Source: Deferribacterales bacterium (GTDB lineage Bacteria; Chrysiogenota; Deferribacteres; Deferribacterales; Geovibrionaceae). From it: a stretch of 64,000 nucleotides of DNA. The notes under the pieces were generated by a model that was not told where the DNA came from, made no database searches, and saw only the letters and a program-made list of their open reading frames with translations. Of the stretch, positions 1-8,785 are shown piece after piece (positions within the stretch are counted from its first letter, which is position 1; every line of letters begins with the position of its first letter). The stretch is from contig JBFWJS010000001.1 in assembly GCA_050253075.1 (NCBI GenBank), positions 256,001-320,000 of the forward strand. Direction: 5' to 3'. The position numbers were made by a program, and so were the translations under genes.

Positions 1-1101
1 CTCGTCCGAGTGGGTCTCTGTGTTCATCCCTTCCGCCTGTTTCTCTATCTCTTCGAATGCCTGCCATATGGCTTTTTTCGCCACGGGCAGTACGGGTCTT
101 TTGCCTTTTTCCGTCGCCGTCTTTTTTGATTTTATAACCTTTCGCCAGTCCTTTGCGAGTTTCTTAAACTCTCCGCCTGAGAGGTAATCGCCCAATTTTT
201 TATATTCGGCTTCACGGGTCTTTGTGAAATGTGCGGCGAGCTCGCTCATCCCGCCCTTCAGCCACTGAGGAAGCATCCTCTCATAGTCGTCCAGACGCTC
301 CATATACACGTCCATATCCCTCGCCAGCCCCGTCAGACTGCCGAGCACCCTGAACCTCGCACGGAACTCTTTCTCCACCGCTTTGTCAAAAACGCCCCGC
401 ACGATAGACATGGCAGAGCGCATCCTGCGGACAGACACTCTGAAATCGTGCAGAAACTCTATATCAACGTCGTTTATTATCCCTTCGGTATTCTTCTCCA
501 TCACATAGAGCAGGTGGGAGTATATCCCGCCCATCACCTCATACACGGGCATGTCCGGCTCAAGACTCAGCACAGGCTTCGCACTATAAGTGATCAGCTC
601 GTCCCCCGATGCCTTTATCACCTCTTTCACCACATCGCCGAATGTACCGTCCTCGGCATTCAGCTTAGACACCCCTTTCGATACATCTTTATCATATCCA
701 CGGAGAGGCTCAAGGTTCATCGCCCATACTTCACCGCCGTCCGTCTGAAAGGCGTACACAGACCCCTTGGCAATGGTCTTTTCCAGATCGTCCAGCATCA
801 CCACGCCGTATCTCCCAACTGTCAGTTTATGCTTTTCCAGCAGGACACGTGGTTTTATTATCCCCTGCACCTTCGCAGTGAGCTCTGCGTCGTCCATGTC
901 TGCATATTCCTTATCTCCCCCCGGGCCAAAGAGCAAAACTCCGCCCGAATCCTTTGCGCACAGGCAGAAGCCCTTGCCCATCAGGAGATAGTCATAGCTG
1001 TCCATAACAGTCATCTCCTCCGAGCCTTCGTAGGAATAGTTAAATATACATCCGCCGGAGGTCTCGGGACGTTCTTTCAGTATCAGATATGTATCAGTCA
1101 T
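1..1101 (-). CDS. CHAD domain protein with degenerate CYTH-like N-terminus (3' end runs off window)
   Basis: Hand translation of the minus frame from ATG at 1101 gives DSYDYLLMGKGFCL, EPLRGYDK and the CHAD motif DIEFLHDFRVSVRRMRS...LARDMDV. The start abuts the sixA stop. Not in the supplied ORF track. Confidence 0.85.
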   Translation of the reverse strand, partial: MTDTYLILKERPETSGGCIFNYSYEGSEEMTVMDSYDYLLMGKGFCLCAKDSGGVLLFGPGGDKEYADMDDAELTAKVQGIIKPRVLLEKHKLTVGRYGVVMLDDLEKTIAKGSVYAFQTDGGEVWAMNLEPLRGYDKDVSKGVSKLNAEDGTFGDVVKEVIKASGDELITYSAKPVLSLEPDMPVYEVMGGIYSHLLYVMEKNTEGIINDVDIEFLHDFRVSVRRMRSAMSIVRGVFDKAVEKEFRARFRVLGSLTGLARDMDVYMERLDDYERMLPQWLKGGMSELAAHFTKTREAEYKKLGDYLSGGEFKKLAKDWRKVIKSKKTATEKGKRPVLPVAKKAIWQAFEEIEKQAEGMNTETHSDE

Positions 1102-1557
1102 TTATAAAAGCACCTTCTGTTGTATTACATTGACGAGGCATCCGTCTTCGATGTGTATGACAGAGCCCTTTTTGAGGACTATATTAAGATTTCCGTTTGA
1201 TAGATATTCAGAGGCGAATTCAGACATGTCGGGCTCGTGCCCCACAATGGCAATGCTCTCGGCATCTGCGAATTCGTTCAGGACAGACATATAGCCTGCA
1301 CTGACAGCACCGGGGTTCAGACAGCCCCGAACGATGTATTCTACGCCGCAGTGACGGCAAAGTATCTCTGCTGTCTCAAACGCACGGTTTGCTTCGGATG
1401 TAATTATTTTTTCGGGTTTTGCATAGATTGAAAAGAATTTTGAGAATGCCTTATCAGCCCTCGAACGCCCCTTTGCTGTCAAAGGACGCTTTATATCAGG
1501 CTCGTTCCAGATCAGCCTGTCTTCAGCATGTCCGTGTCTTATAAGGTATATTAGCAT
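1102..1557 (-). CDS. sixA: Phosphohistidine phosphatase SixA family
   Basis: LIRHGHA and IVGHEPD histidine-phosphatase motifs; GAGGAG SD before ATG 1557. Confidence 0.9.
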   Translation of the reverse strand: MLIYLIRHGHAEDRLIWNEPDIKRPLTAKGRSRADKAFSKFFSIYAKPEKIITSEANRAFETAEILCRHCGVEYIVRGCLNPGAVSAGYMSVLNEFADAESIAIVGHEPDMSEFASEYLSNGNLNIVLKKGSVIHIEDGCLVNVIQQKVLL

Positions 1558-1634
1558 ATGCTCCTCTACTAAGAAATTACCAGAAATCGGCAATCAACTC
1601 AATAAAAGAGTCATTTTTGTGCAATATTTTCAGA

Positions 1635-1656
1635 AAATGTCAAATTTTTTACAAAT
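1635..1656 (-). promoter_or_regulatory. Possible Pho-box-like direct repeat upstream of sixA-CHAD
   Basis: Minus strand TTTGTAAAAAA TTTGACATTTT, units 11 bp apart; AT-rich, weak match. Confidence 0.3.
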
Positions 1657-1668
1657 TTGATAAAAAAT

Positions 1669-1896
1669 TTAAACTGTTTGCGGGCATCCATAGCGCACAT
1701 AGCTTCTTATCGCTATGAGAGCCATATCTGCGAATTTTGCTTCGCCTTCGTTCAGTGCTACGTGGCCTTCTGCATCTATGTCGAATGCTGCCACTGTCAT
1801 GCCTTCTGAGTTAGCCACCGTACCCTTACCGCAGGATATATGTACTGTCCAGCCGGCGAATGAAATCTCGCCTGTTTCGATCTTTGTGTAATCCAT
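1669..1896 (-). CDS. Small hypothetical protein
   Basis: AGGAG SD before ATG 1896; protein-like composition; follows satP. Confidence 0.7.
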   Translation of the reverse strand: MDYTKIETGEISFAGWTVHISCGKGTVANSEGMTVAAFDIDAEGHVALNEGEAKFADMALIAIRSYVRYGCPQTV

Positions 1897-1923
1897 ATCC
1901 AACTCCTAGGACAGGAAAGCAGA

Positions 1924-1947
1924 AACGGCGGCACAATGACCGCCGTT
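1924..1947 (-). terminator. Hairpin after satP
   Basis: AACGGCGG-N8-CCGCCGTT stem, weak U tract. Confidence 0.5.
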
Positions 1948-1962
1948 AGTGCTAAAACCTTA

Positions 1963-2607
1963 TTATTCGCCAAGAGGGAGAACAGTTCTGCCGTATACTT
2001 CGTTAAGTATCTGGGCAGCACCTGTATACATTGCTGCAAGGCCGCAGAGTACACCTTCAAATCCAGCAAATCTCTTGATCGCAACGCTGTGGAACATATC
2101 GCCCACCGCAAGGAGTATAAAGAGAATAGTCAGAAGGAAAAATACCATCTGAAGAGCTTTGCTCAGCTTGAATGTTCCTACGAAGAGGATCATTGTGAAA
2201 AGACCCCAGAGGAAGAGGTAAGCTGTCATAGCTGTTGTAGTAGGTGCGTCGAAAATACCGAATTTAGGAAGCACAATGATCGCAACCAGTGTCAGCCAGA
2301 AAAGGCCGTAGGATGTGAACGCTACTGTACCGAATGTGTTCTTCTTTTTCCATTCCATGATACCGACGATGATCTGTGCCATACCGCCGTAGAAAATACC
2401 CATAGCGAGTATTGCACTACCGATACCGAACAGGCCGATATTGTGAAGGTTAAGAAGTATTGTTGTAAGACCGAATCCCATAAGACCGAGTGGAGCAGGG
2501 TTAGCTGTTGTATCAGCGATAACTGTCTCTGCTACCTTTGTCGCGTGATCAAGTGGTGTCACACTAGCAGTTGCTTCTGCTTTATTAGCCATAAAAAAAT
2601 CCTCCAT
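1963..2607 (-). CDS. satP: Acetate/succinate uptake transporter, GPR1/FUN34/YaaH family
   Basis: [11 protein letters not shown] signature, SYGLFW, hydrophobic helices. Confidence 0.95.
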   Translation of the reverse strand: MEDFFMANKAEATASVTPLDHATKVAETVIADTTANPAPLGLMGFGLTTILLNLHNIGLFGIGSAILAMGIFYGGMAQIIVGIMEWKKKNTFGTVAFTSYGLFWLTLVAIIVLPKFGIFDAPTTTAMTAYLFLWGLFTMILFVGTFKLSKALQMVFFLLTILFILLAVGDMFHSVAIKRFAGFEGVLCGLAAMYTGAAQILNEVYGRTVLPLGE

Positions 2608-3072
2608 ACCTGATGTGATTTCAACATTTTAAAAAATACGGCGATATGTTTTCATCAATAATAAAACACATCCTTATTCTTAAGAGAGTATATATATAGT
2701 TATTAAGAATTGTTCAATAGAAATTTACTATTTTAAAATATACTAAAAATGTCGTGAATAATCACAAAACTATGTTCTTTTATTATTAAAAAATCTATAA
2801 AATATTACTAAAATATGCTTTTTTATTGATAGTTAATCTCAGTACCATTCTTTAACTATATAAAAAAAAGTTAAATTATAATTTTGTTTTATTTTCTAAA
2901 TATTAATTTTTATTAATTACGACTAAAATGCTGGTTTATTTTGAGTTTTCTAAGCATTAACTTTGTTTACTCATAAATAAAACCTATTGTCTGTATAAGT
3001 TAAAGTTATGATTGTGAAGCCCGTCAGGATGACTTATAGTAAAGATGTAGATAACATAAGCAGGTTCTTAAT

Positions 3073-3981
3073 ATGATTAAACTAAGCGACATACAGATAT
3101 TAAAGCTGGGGAAGACCCTGCATCATATAAAAAACAACAATTTCTTTTATGGTCAGTTATTTATAGATGACCGCATCAGTTCATACGAGGCTCTCGCCGA
3201 ACTCCCCTTCATGACATACGAAAAGCTGGCACAGGGATACCCCTTTGCATACAGCTGTGCAGATACGAAAGGGCTGGTCAGCGCACATGTACATACAGTA
3301 AACAAAGAGCCCGTCATGAATTTGTTCACAGACACCGACATACTCCACATAGCAGAGATGACAGCGAGGACATTCAGCATAGCCGAGATATCCGACGAGG
3401 ATACATTATTATTAATGAGCCATGAAAATATGTGCCCCGCATTTACAAACGTGTCTGAAAAGCTCCGCCATTTCCTAATACATTCAGGGGATGTAAACCA
3501 TAGTAAACTCTTCGACCTGATAAACGACACGGACGCAAGCTGCCTGTTAGGCGACACGAAGGACATATACGATTTTGTGGAATACTGCCGCGAAAAGGGT
3601 CTCGACCTTGAATCCTCATCACTCCGTGCGGGCGTCTTCTGCGGGAAACCGCTCACCGAAGGCACACGTAAACACATAGAGAAAGAATCCGGCATGCATA
3701 TATATATGACGGCAGGATTCGGACCTTTCCTCCACGGCATGGCCACCGACTGTGCCGAGCACGACGGTATGCACCTCTGGGACGACCACTACATAGCGGA
3801 GATAATAGACGAAAACGGCAAAGTTATCCCCGACGGCGAAGAGGGCGAACTGGTAGTAACGACACTGTCGCTGGAGGCTCTCCCGCTCATCAGGTTTAAA
3901 ACAGGTAAAAAGTCTAAGATTTTATCCAGAGAAAAGTGCGCATGCGGACTGCACACGGTAAAGATCGCCTACCCTTCCTAA
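3073..3981 (+). CDS. Degenerate, C-terminally short phenylacetate-CoA ligase (PaaK)-like protein
   Basis: LPFMT..L...YPF, GMHLWDDHYIAEII, EGELVVTTL..EALPLIRF, CACG; no SSGTTG loop and no C-terminal domain. Confidence 0.75.
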   Translation: MIKLSDIQILKLGKTLHHIKNNNFFYGQLFIDDRISSYEALAELPFMTYEKLAQGYPFAYSCADTKGLVSAHVHTVNKEPVMNLFTDTDILHIAEMTARTFSIAEISDEDTLLLMSHENMCPAFTNVSEKLRHFLIHSGDVNHSKLFDLINDTDASCLLGDTKDIYDFVEYCREKGLDLESSSLRAGVFCGKPLTEGTRKHIEKESGMHIYMTAGFGPFLHGMATDCAEHDGMHLWDDHYIAEIIDENGKVIPDGEEGELVVTTLSLEALPLIRFKTGKKSKILSREKCACGLHTVKIAYPS

Positions 3982-4898
3982 AAGGTATGCTCATAGCCTG
4001 AGTCTGAGATATCCGTCTGTTCACCGTCTTTTTCGAGACAAACGCCCCGCCCCGCTTCCACACGGCCTATGCGTATAGATTTAGGCGACATCATTTCGAG
4101 CTCTTTCACATCTTTTTCATCTATAGTATATAGGAGGGCAAACTCCTCACCCGAACCTATGGCAAACACCACGTCTTTATTCTCCAGATGATCCACAGGG
4201 ATGCGGTCAGACTCTATCACCATCTTAACACCGCTCATATCAGCTATGTGGGAAGCGTCACGACCGAGACCGTCGCTGATGTCTATGCACGATGTGGCTA
4301 TCCCCGTCTTTCCCAGCAGGTCGCCGAGCTCCGTCTCTGCCTTTACCAGATAATGATTATATGTAACTGATCCTTCGCTTTGCTCAGGACGACTCCCACT
4401 GCCTGTCTCAGCAGCCAGCTCTTTATCAAGGAGCTCACGCACACGCCCCACAGGCCTCGACATATATATAATATCGCCCGCTTTCGCACCCGAACGGGTG
4501 AGGACATGCTCGTTTTTCCTGCCTATGATAGTAACTGATATGAAAAGTGAGTCTTTGGATGATGTTGTGTCTCCGCCGATTAGCTTCACGCCGTAAGCAT
4601 CGAACGGTCTAACCATATCCCCGGCGGTTATGTCATACCCCGCAGGTATGGCTATGCCGAGCAATCCGAGCTCTGCCGTTCCGCCCATTGCGGCTATGTC
4701 GCTTACGTTTGCGGTGACAACCTTACGCATGATGTGCATTATGGGTGCGCCCTTTGTAAAGTGCACGCCCTCTGCCATGATGTCCTTACAGACCAATGTA
4801 TCGCCGAACAAGGCGGCATCATCTCCTACCCCTAGTGTGACACCGCTCTTATCCAGCATTGAAGACAGACTCTCTATAAGAGAGAATTCCTTCTTCAT
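3978..4898 (-). CDS. thiL: Thiamine-monophosphate kinase
   Basis: GVGDDAA, NVSDIAAMGG, IGGDT, DISDGL. Confidence 0.95.
   Translation of the reverse strand: MKKEFSLIESLSSMLDKSGVTLGVGDDAALFGDTLVCKDIMAEGVHFTKGAPIMHIMRKVVTANVSDIAAMGGTAELGLLGIAIPAGYDITAGDMVRPFDAYGVKLIGGDTTSSKDSLFISVTIIGRKNEHVLTRSGAKAGDIIYMSRPVGRVRELLDKELAAETGSGSRPEQSEGSVTYNHYLVKAETELGDLLGKTGIATSCIDISDGLGRDASHIADMSGVKMVIESDRIPVDHLENKDVVFAIGSGEEFALLYTIDEKDVKELEMMSPKSIRIGRVEAGRGVCLEKDGEQTDISDSGYEHTF
4369..4393. repeat. Palindromic-repeat half element embedded in frame within thiL
   Basis: GATCCTTCGCTTTGCTCAGGACGAC, translated as SRPEQSEGS within a low-complexity linker. Confidence 0.6.
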
Positions 4899-4902
4899 TT
4901 TA

Positions 4903-5520
4903 TTAAAACCTTTCGACCTGCTCCCGCAGTATGGAAGCAGCCCCTTTAGGGTCAGCCGAGGCGCATATGGCGGACGACACGGCTACGCCTGTCACCCCTG
5001 TGCCCCTAAGCTGAGCAATGTTTGAAGCGCCTATCCCGCCGATAGCCACTGCAGGTTTCCCCGCTGCCGCCACCAGTTTTGCTATCCCTTCGGGACCGAT
5101 CAGACCTCTCAGGTCTGCCTTAGTATCCGTAGGAAAAGCAGGACCGACACCGATATAATCCGCTATCTGAGCAGTCCGCACATCGTCCATATCGTTGCAT
5201 GAGTAGCCGTACACCATATCGGGGAACTTAGCCTTTGCCTCTGCGAGAGGCACGTCTTTTATCCCCACATGCACAGCTTTCGCACCGAGAGTGAGGGCGA
5301 TGTCGAGCCTGTCGTTCACAACGAAAAGCACGTCTTTCCCCTCGAGGAGCTGCATTATCCTGCGCCCCCTGTCGAACATCTCTCTGGACGATGCGCCCTT
5401 ATCACGGAGCTGGATGCATGTCACTCCGCCGTCCACGACAGCAGGAATGAACTCCTCCAGAGGCATTTTCAGCATGCCCGTCTCCAGCACAAGGTACAGC
5501 TTCAGATAGTTATCTATCAT
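4903..5520 (-). CDS. thiE: Thiamine-phosphate synthase
   Basis: IQLRDK, VNDR, DYIGVGP..PTDTK, VAIGGI. Confidence 0.95.
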   Translation of the reverse strand: MIDNYLKLYLVLETGMLKMPLEEFIPAVVDGGVTCIQLRDKGASSREMFDRGRRIMQLLEGKDVLFVVNDRLDIALTLGAKAVHVGIKDVPLAEAKAKFPDMVYGYSCNDMDDVRTAQIADYIGVGPAFPTDTKADLRGLIGPEGIAKLVAAAGKPAVAIGGIGASNIAQLRGTGVTGVAVSSAICASADPKGAASILREQVERF

Positions 5521-6792
5521 TTACTTCTTTTTTCCTTCGTCTATCTTCACGGCACAGAGCTTTCCGCACATGGTGCAAGAGTCGAACTCTTTATTGTGTC
5601 TGAATTTCTTTTTCGCTGTCTCAGGGTCGAGGCAAAGCTCGAACTGTTTCTCCCAGTTGAGCTCTTTTCTGGCGATACCCATAGCAACGTTGCGTTCCCA
5701 TGCTCCGGGGATACCTTTCTCTATATCTGCGATGTGGCCTGCGATACGGGAAGCCATAACGCCCTCGTAAACATCGTCTACGTCAGGCAGGCAAAGGTGT
5801 TCGGCAGGAGTAACATAGCAAAGGAAATCCGCACCCGCAGCACCTGCGATAGCCCCGCCTATGGCGGATGTTATGTGGTCGTACCCTGCGCCGATATCTG
5901 TCGGCAGCGGGCCGAGGATGTAAAACGGAGCATCGTCACACAGCCTTTTCTGAAGCTGCATGTTTGTGACTATCTGGCTGAGGCGGACATGCCCCGGCCC
6001 TTCTATCATCACCTGTACCCCACGCTCACGGGCACGCTTGCCCAGCTCGCCGAGTATCATAAGCTCGTCTATCTGCGGTCTGTCAGTGGCATCTGCAATA
6101 GCACCCGGGCGGAAACCGTCGCCGAGGCTGAGTGTCACGTCGTATTTGAAGGCTATGTCGAGCAGGTCGTCATAGTATTCGAAGAGCGGGTTTTCTTTGC
6201 CGTTCTTACGTATCCAGTTTGCGAGGATAGATCCGCCGCGGGAAACTATGCCGCATGTCCTGTCGCTGTTGTCCATTCTGGCTACGGATTCTTTTGTGAT
6301 ACCGCAGTGGACAGTGATATAGTCCACGCCTTCACGGCACTGTGTCTCTATGTTTCTGAGGAGGACTTCCTCATCGATATTGTCTGTTGTCAGGTCTTTC
6401 ATAGCGAGCTCTGCGGCCACTGCGTATATAGGCACTGTCCCGAGCATTACGGAGCATTTCTCCTCTATCCTTCTGCGGACTTCGTTCAAATCGCCCCCTG
6501 TGGAGAGGTCCATAACGCTGTCTGCGCCCGCACGGAGAGCAGCATCCAGCTTCTCCAGCTCTATATCGATGAACGGACAGTCGCCCGATGTACCGATGTT
6601 GGCATTTACCTTTGTCTTCATCTTTTTACCGATGGCACGAACGTCAAAGTTTCTGTTAACGTTCTTAGGTATTACAACCTTGCCCTCTGCGATGAGCTGT
6701 CTGAGTTCCTGCACATCTATCTGTTCATCCTTTGCTACCTTTTCCATCTCCGGAGAGATGATTCCGTCTTTCGCCATTTGTAACTGAGTCAT
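5521..6792 (-). CDS. thiC: Phosphomethylpyrimidine synthase
   Basis: KVNANIGTS, MDLSTGG, EGPGH, CTMCGKLC. Confidence 0.97.
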   Translation of the reverse strand: MTQLQMAKDGIISPEMEKVAKDEQIDVQELRQLIAEGKVVIPKNVNRNFDVRAIGKKMKTKVNANIGTSGDCPFIDIELEKLDAALRAGADSVMDLSTGGDLNEVRRRIEEKCSVMLGTVPIYAVAAELAMKDLTTDNIDEEVLLRNIETQCREGVDYITVHCGITKESVARMDNSDRTCGIVSRGGSILANWIRKNGKENPLFEYYDDLLDIAFKYDVTLSLGDGFRPGAIADATDRPQIDELMILGELGKRARERGVQVMIEGPGHVRLSQIVTNMQLQKRLCDDAPFYILGPLPTDIGAGYDHITSAIGGAIAGAAGADFLCYVTPAEHLCLPDVDDVYEGVMASRIAGHIADIEKGIPGAWERNVAMGIARKELNWEKQFELCLDPETAKKKFRHNKEFDSCTMCGKLCAVKIDEGKKK

Positions 6793-6864
6793 AGTTCAAG
6801 TACTCCTATCATTTTCTCGAAACGCCTCACCGAAGTGACCTTCAGCATGACGTCAAGCAAGCAC

Positions 6865-6901
6865 AAAAAGTAAACCCCCGAAGGTATGCACCAGCGGGGG
6901 T
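6865..6901 (-). terminator. Intrinsic terminator in thiC leader (riboswitch expression platform)
   Basis: ACCCCCG...CGGGGGT stem followed by TTACTTTTT on minus strand. Confidence 0.75.
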
Positions 6902-6924
6902 CAGATGATTACATATAGTTTATA

Positions 6925-7010
6925 TCACCGTTTCCTACGCCGGAATTACCCGGATCAGGTTTAAAGGGTATCTCTCAGCCGCTTTTTCAGCAGCACCCCC
7001 AGGGTCGTTA
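6925..7010 (-). ncRNA. TPP riboswitch
   Basis: Minus strand GGGGTGC...GCTGAGA..TACCCTTTAAACCTGATCCGGGTAATTCCGGCGTAGGAA, directly upstream of thiC. Confidence 0.95.
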
Positions 7011-7064
7011 ATTTCGTATATACAGTTTTTTAAACTTTTTGACAAGTCTCTTTTGCGGAGTGTA

Positions 7065-7337
7065 TCAGTGCGCTATAGAGAATCCGCCGTAAGTACCTTC
7101 TGCCAGACAGTAAGTTGTGTCGATCTTTTTCACGCTGCTGTAAAGGGAGCCCTCCTCGGCTATGAGGAGCACATCCGCCAGCACGCTGTCTGCGCCCTCG
7201 GCGACTATCTCGACAGTGCCGTCGGGCAGGTTCTTAACATATCCTGTGACATCCAGCTTTGAAATACGGCTGTTTACCGATGCTCTATAACCCACGCCCT
7301 GTACACGTCCGTGCACTACGGCATGCAGTCTTCTCAT
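7065..7337 (-). CDS. acyP: Acylphosphatase
   Basis: HGRVQGVGYR, GYVKNLPDGTVE. Confidence 0.92.
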   Translation of the reverse strand: MRRLHAVVHGRVQGVGYRASVNSRISKLDVTGYVKNLPDGTVEIVAEGADSVLADVLLIAEEGSLYSSVKKIDTTYCLAEGTYGGFSIAH

Positions 7338-7339
7338 CG

Positions 7340-8785
7340 CTACTCCATGTGCAGCATAAAGCTGCCGAGTTCCACACCGTTATGATTCACCACAACAGGA
7401 TATGTCGAACTGTTTCCGTTAACGGAATACTTCGTCATAAAGGCACTCTTAACCATCGGGATAACATAGCCTCTGTCGTCACCGTTATTTCTAATGACCT
7501 TCGGAGGGACATATCCTTTGACATTTATCGGGTACTCATTTCCGCAGGATGCGTCTGAAAATGCGGAGAGTAGCTCGATATTGTCTCCTACTTTAACATT
7601 CATCGTAGTGCCCGAAAGCACAAGCTCTTTTTTACCGTTGCGCTTAACGACAAACACAAAGTAGTGTGCAGTGCCGTTTGTCTTTTTAGTTTTGAGGTAT
7701 ATTTCGCCCATTTTTTCATTATCTTTTCTGAAGATAATGACAGAGTCGTCTTTCAGCTCGACCTTTTTACGATAATCGTTAAGATCGCCGTATCCGAGCA
7801 CGTCAGCGGATACACCCCTGTCGTAGTTGCTTTCGATATGGGTAATCTCGCAGATGTCGCCTTCGTGGACGACAACGGTTCCGCCGTTTTCCACTATTCT
7901 CGGCTCTTCATTCACGCTGACCACAGCATAGTCCAGCCTCGGCTTACGCAGGAAGATGGTAGGAGCCTCTGGAACTATGTCGTACAGCTCCATAAAAGCG
8001 TTAACTGCATAGTTATGGTGCAGTATCTTCATCTCCGTGGTCGGCAGATTCTTCGAAGATTCTATCCCGTAGGCAGGGAGACAGAATGTGCGCAGGGCAT
8101 AGTATGTCGCCGTTTTACGCATTTCGGCGAATTTTGTACCTGATTCTTCCGTCTTTGTATTGAAATAGTGCATGAAATACTGTTCATCGCCTATCTTTTC
8201 GTTTGTTTCCGCTACGACCTGCACGGCATGGGTGCGGAGGTCAAGCTCTTTGCCGTTGTCACATTTGAAAACATCGGCATCGGTGATGACGGACTGACCG
8301 AATTTATAAGGGTTTCTCCACTTATCCACATATGTGGGGGTGTGATATCCCCATCCGTCGTGCAGATTAAGGAAGATGTCTGATTCGCTCATAAGCTGTT
8401 TTATGATATCGACTACCTTATCCATCTCCAGCTTCCCGGGTTCGTCGATGAAGCGTCTGTTCATGTCGCCGTCGGGGCCTCTGTCGTAGAGGATGATAGA
8501 CTTAAAGTTTGCTCTGGGGATGACTATCAGGTTGCCCTTTTCCAGCTTCAGCTCGGAGTAAAGGTCGGCAGAGAGGAATCCGCCCGGCTCGTCCCCCTGA
8601 ATACCGCCGAGGATGAACATGGTCTTCCCTTCGGTGCGTCCGTATATCCTGTATATGTTCAGCTCATAGTCTGTACCTTTGAAAAAGGTCTCATGAGTCT
8701 TCGAAGGACGCTCGACAGCCAGCGCCGTGTTAAATGCTATAAGAATCGTTATTATAAATAAGAACCTTTTCACTGGGCTCTCCAT
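7340..8785 (-). CDS. M99 family peptidoglycan DL-carboxypeptidase (Csd4/Pgp1-like)
   Basis: Signal peptide; GGIQGDEPGG with Gln ligand, DMNRRF, LNLHDG. Confidence 0.85.
   Translation of the reverse strand: MESPVKRFLFIITILIAFNTALAVERPSKTHETFFKGTDYELNIYRIYGRTEGKTMFILGGIQGDEPGGFLSADLYSELKLEKGNLIVIPRANFKSIILYDRGPDGDMNRRFIDEPGKLEMDKVVDIIKQLMSESDIFLNLHDGWGYHTPTYVDKWRNPYKFGQSVITDADVFKCDNGKELDLRTHAVQVVAETNEKIGDEQYFMHYFNTKTEESGTKFAEMRKTATYYALRTFCLPAYGIESSKNLPTTEMKILHHNYAVNAFMELYDIVPEAPTIFLRKPRLDYAVVSVNEEPRIVENGGTVVVHEGDICEITHIESNYDRGVSADVLGYGDLNDYRKKVELKDDSVIIFRKDNEKMGEIYLKTKKTNGTAHYFVFVVKRNGKKELVLSGTTMNVKVGDNIELLSAFSDASCGNEYPINVKGYVPPKVIRNNGDDRGYVIPMVKSAFMTKYSVNGNSSTYPVVVNHNGVELGSFMLHME

Noticed and set aside
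229..1107. 292-aa plus-strand ORF
   Set aside because: Antisense shadow of the CHAD gene; no motifs
2754..2765. CRP/Rex site
   Set aside because: GTGA and TCAC are separated by 4 bp rather than 6
5269..6783. 504-aa plus-strand ORF
   Set aside because: Shadow of thiC/thiE
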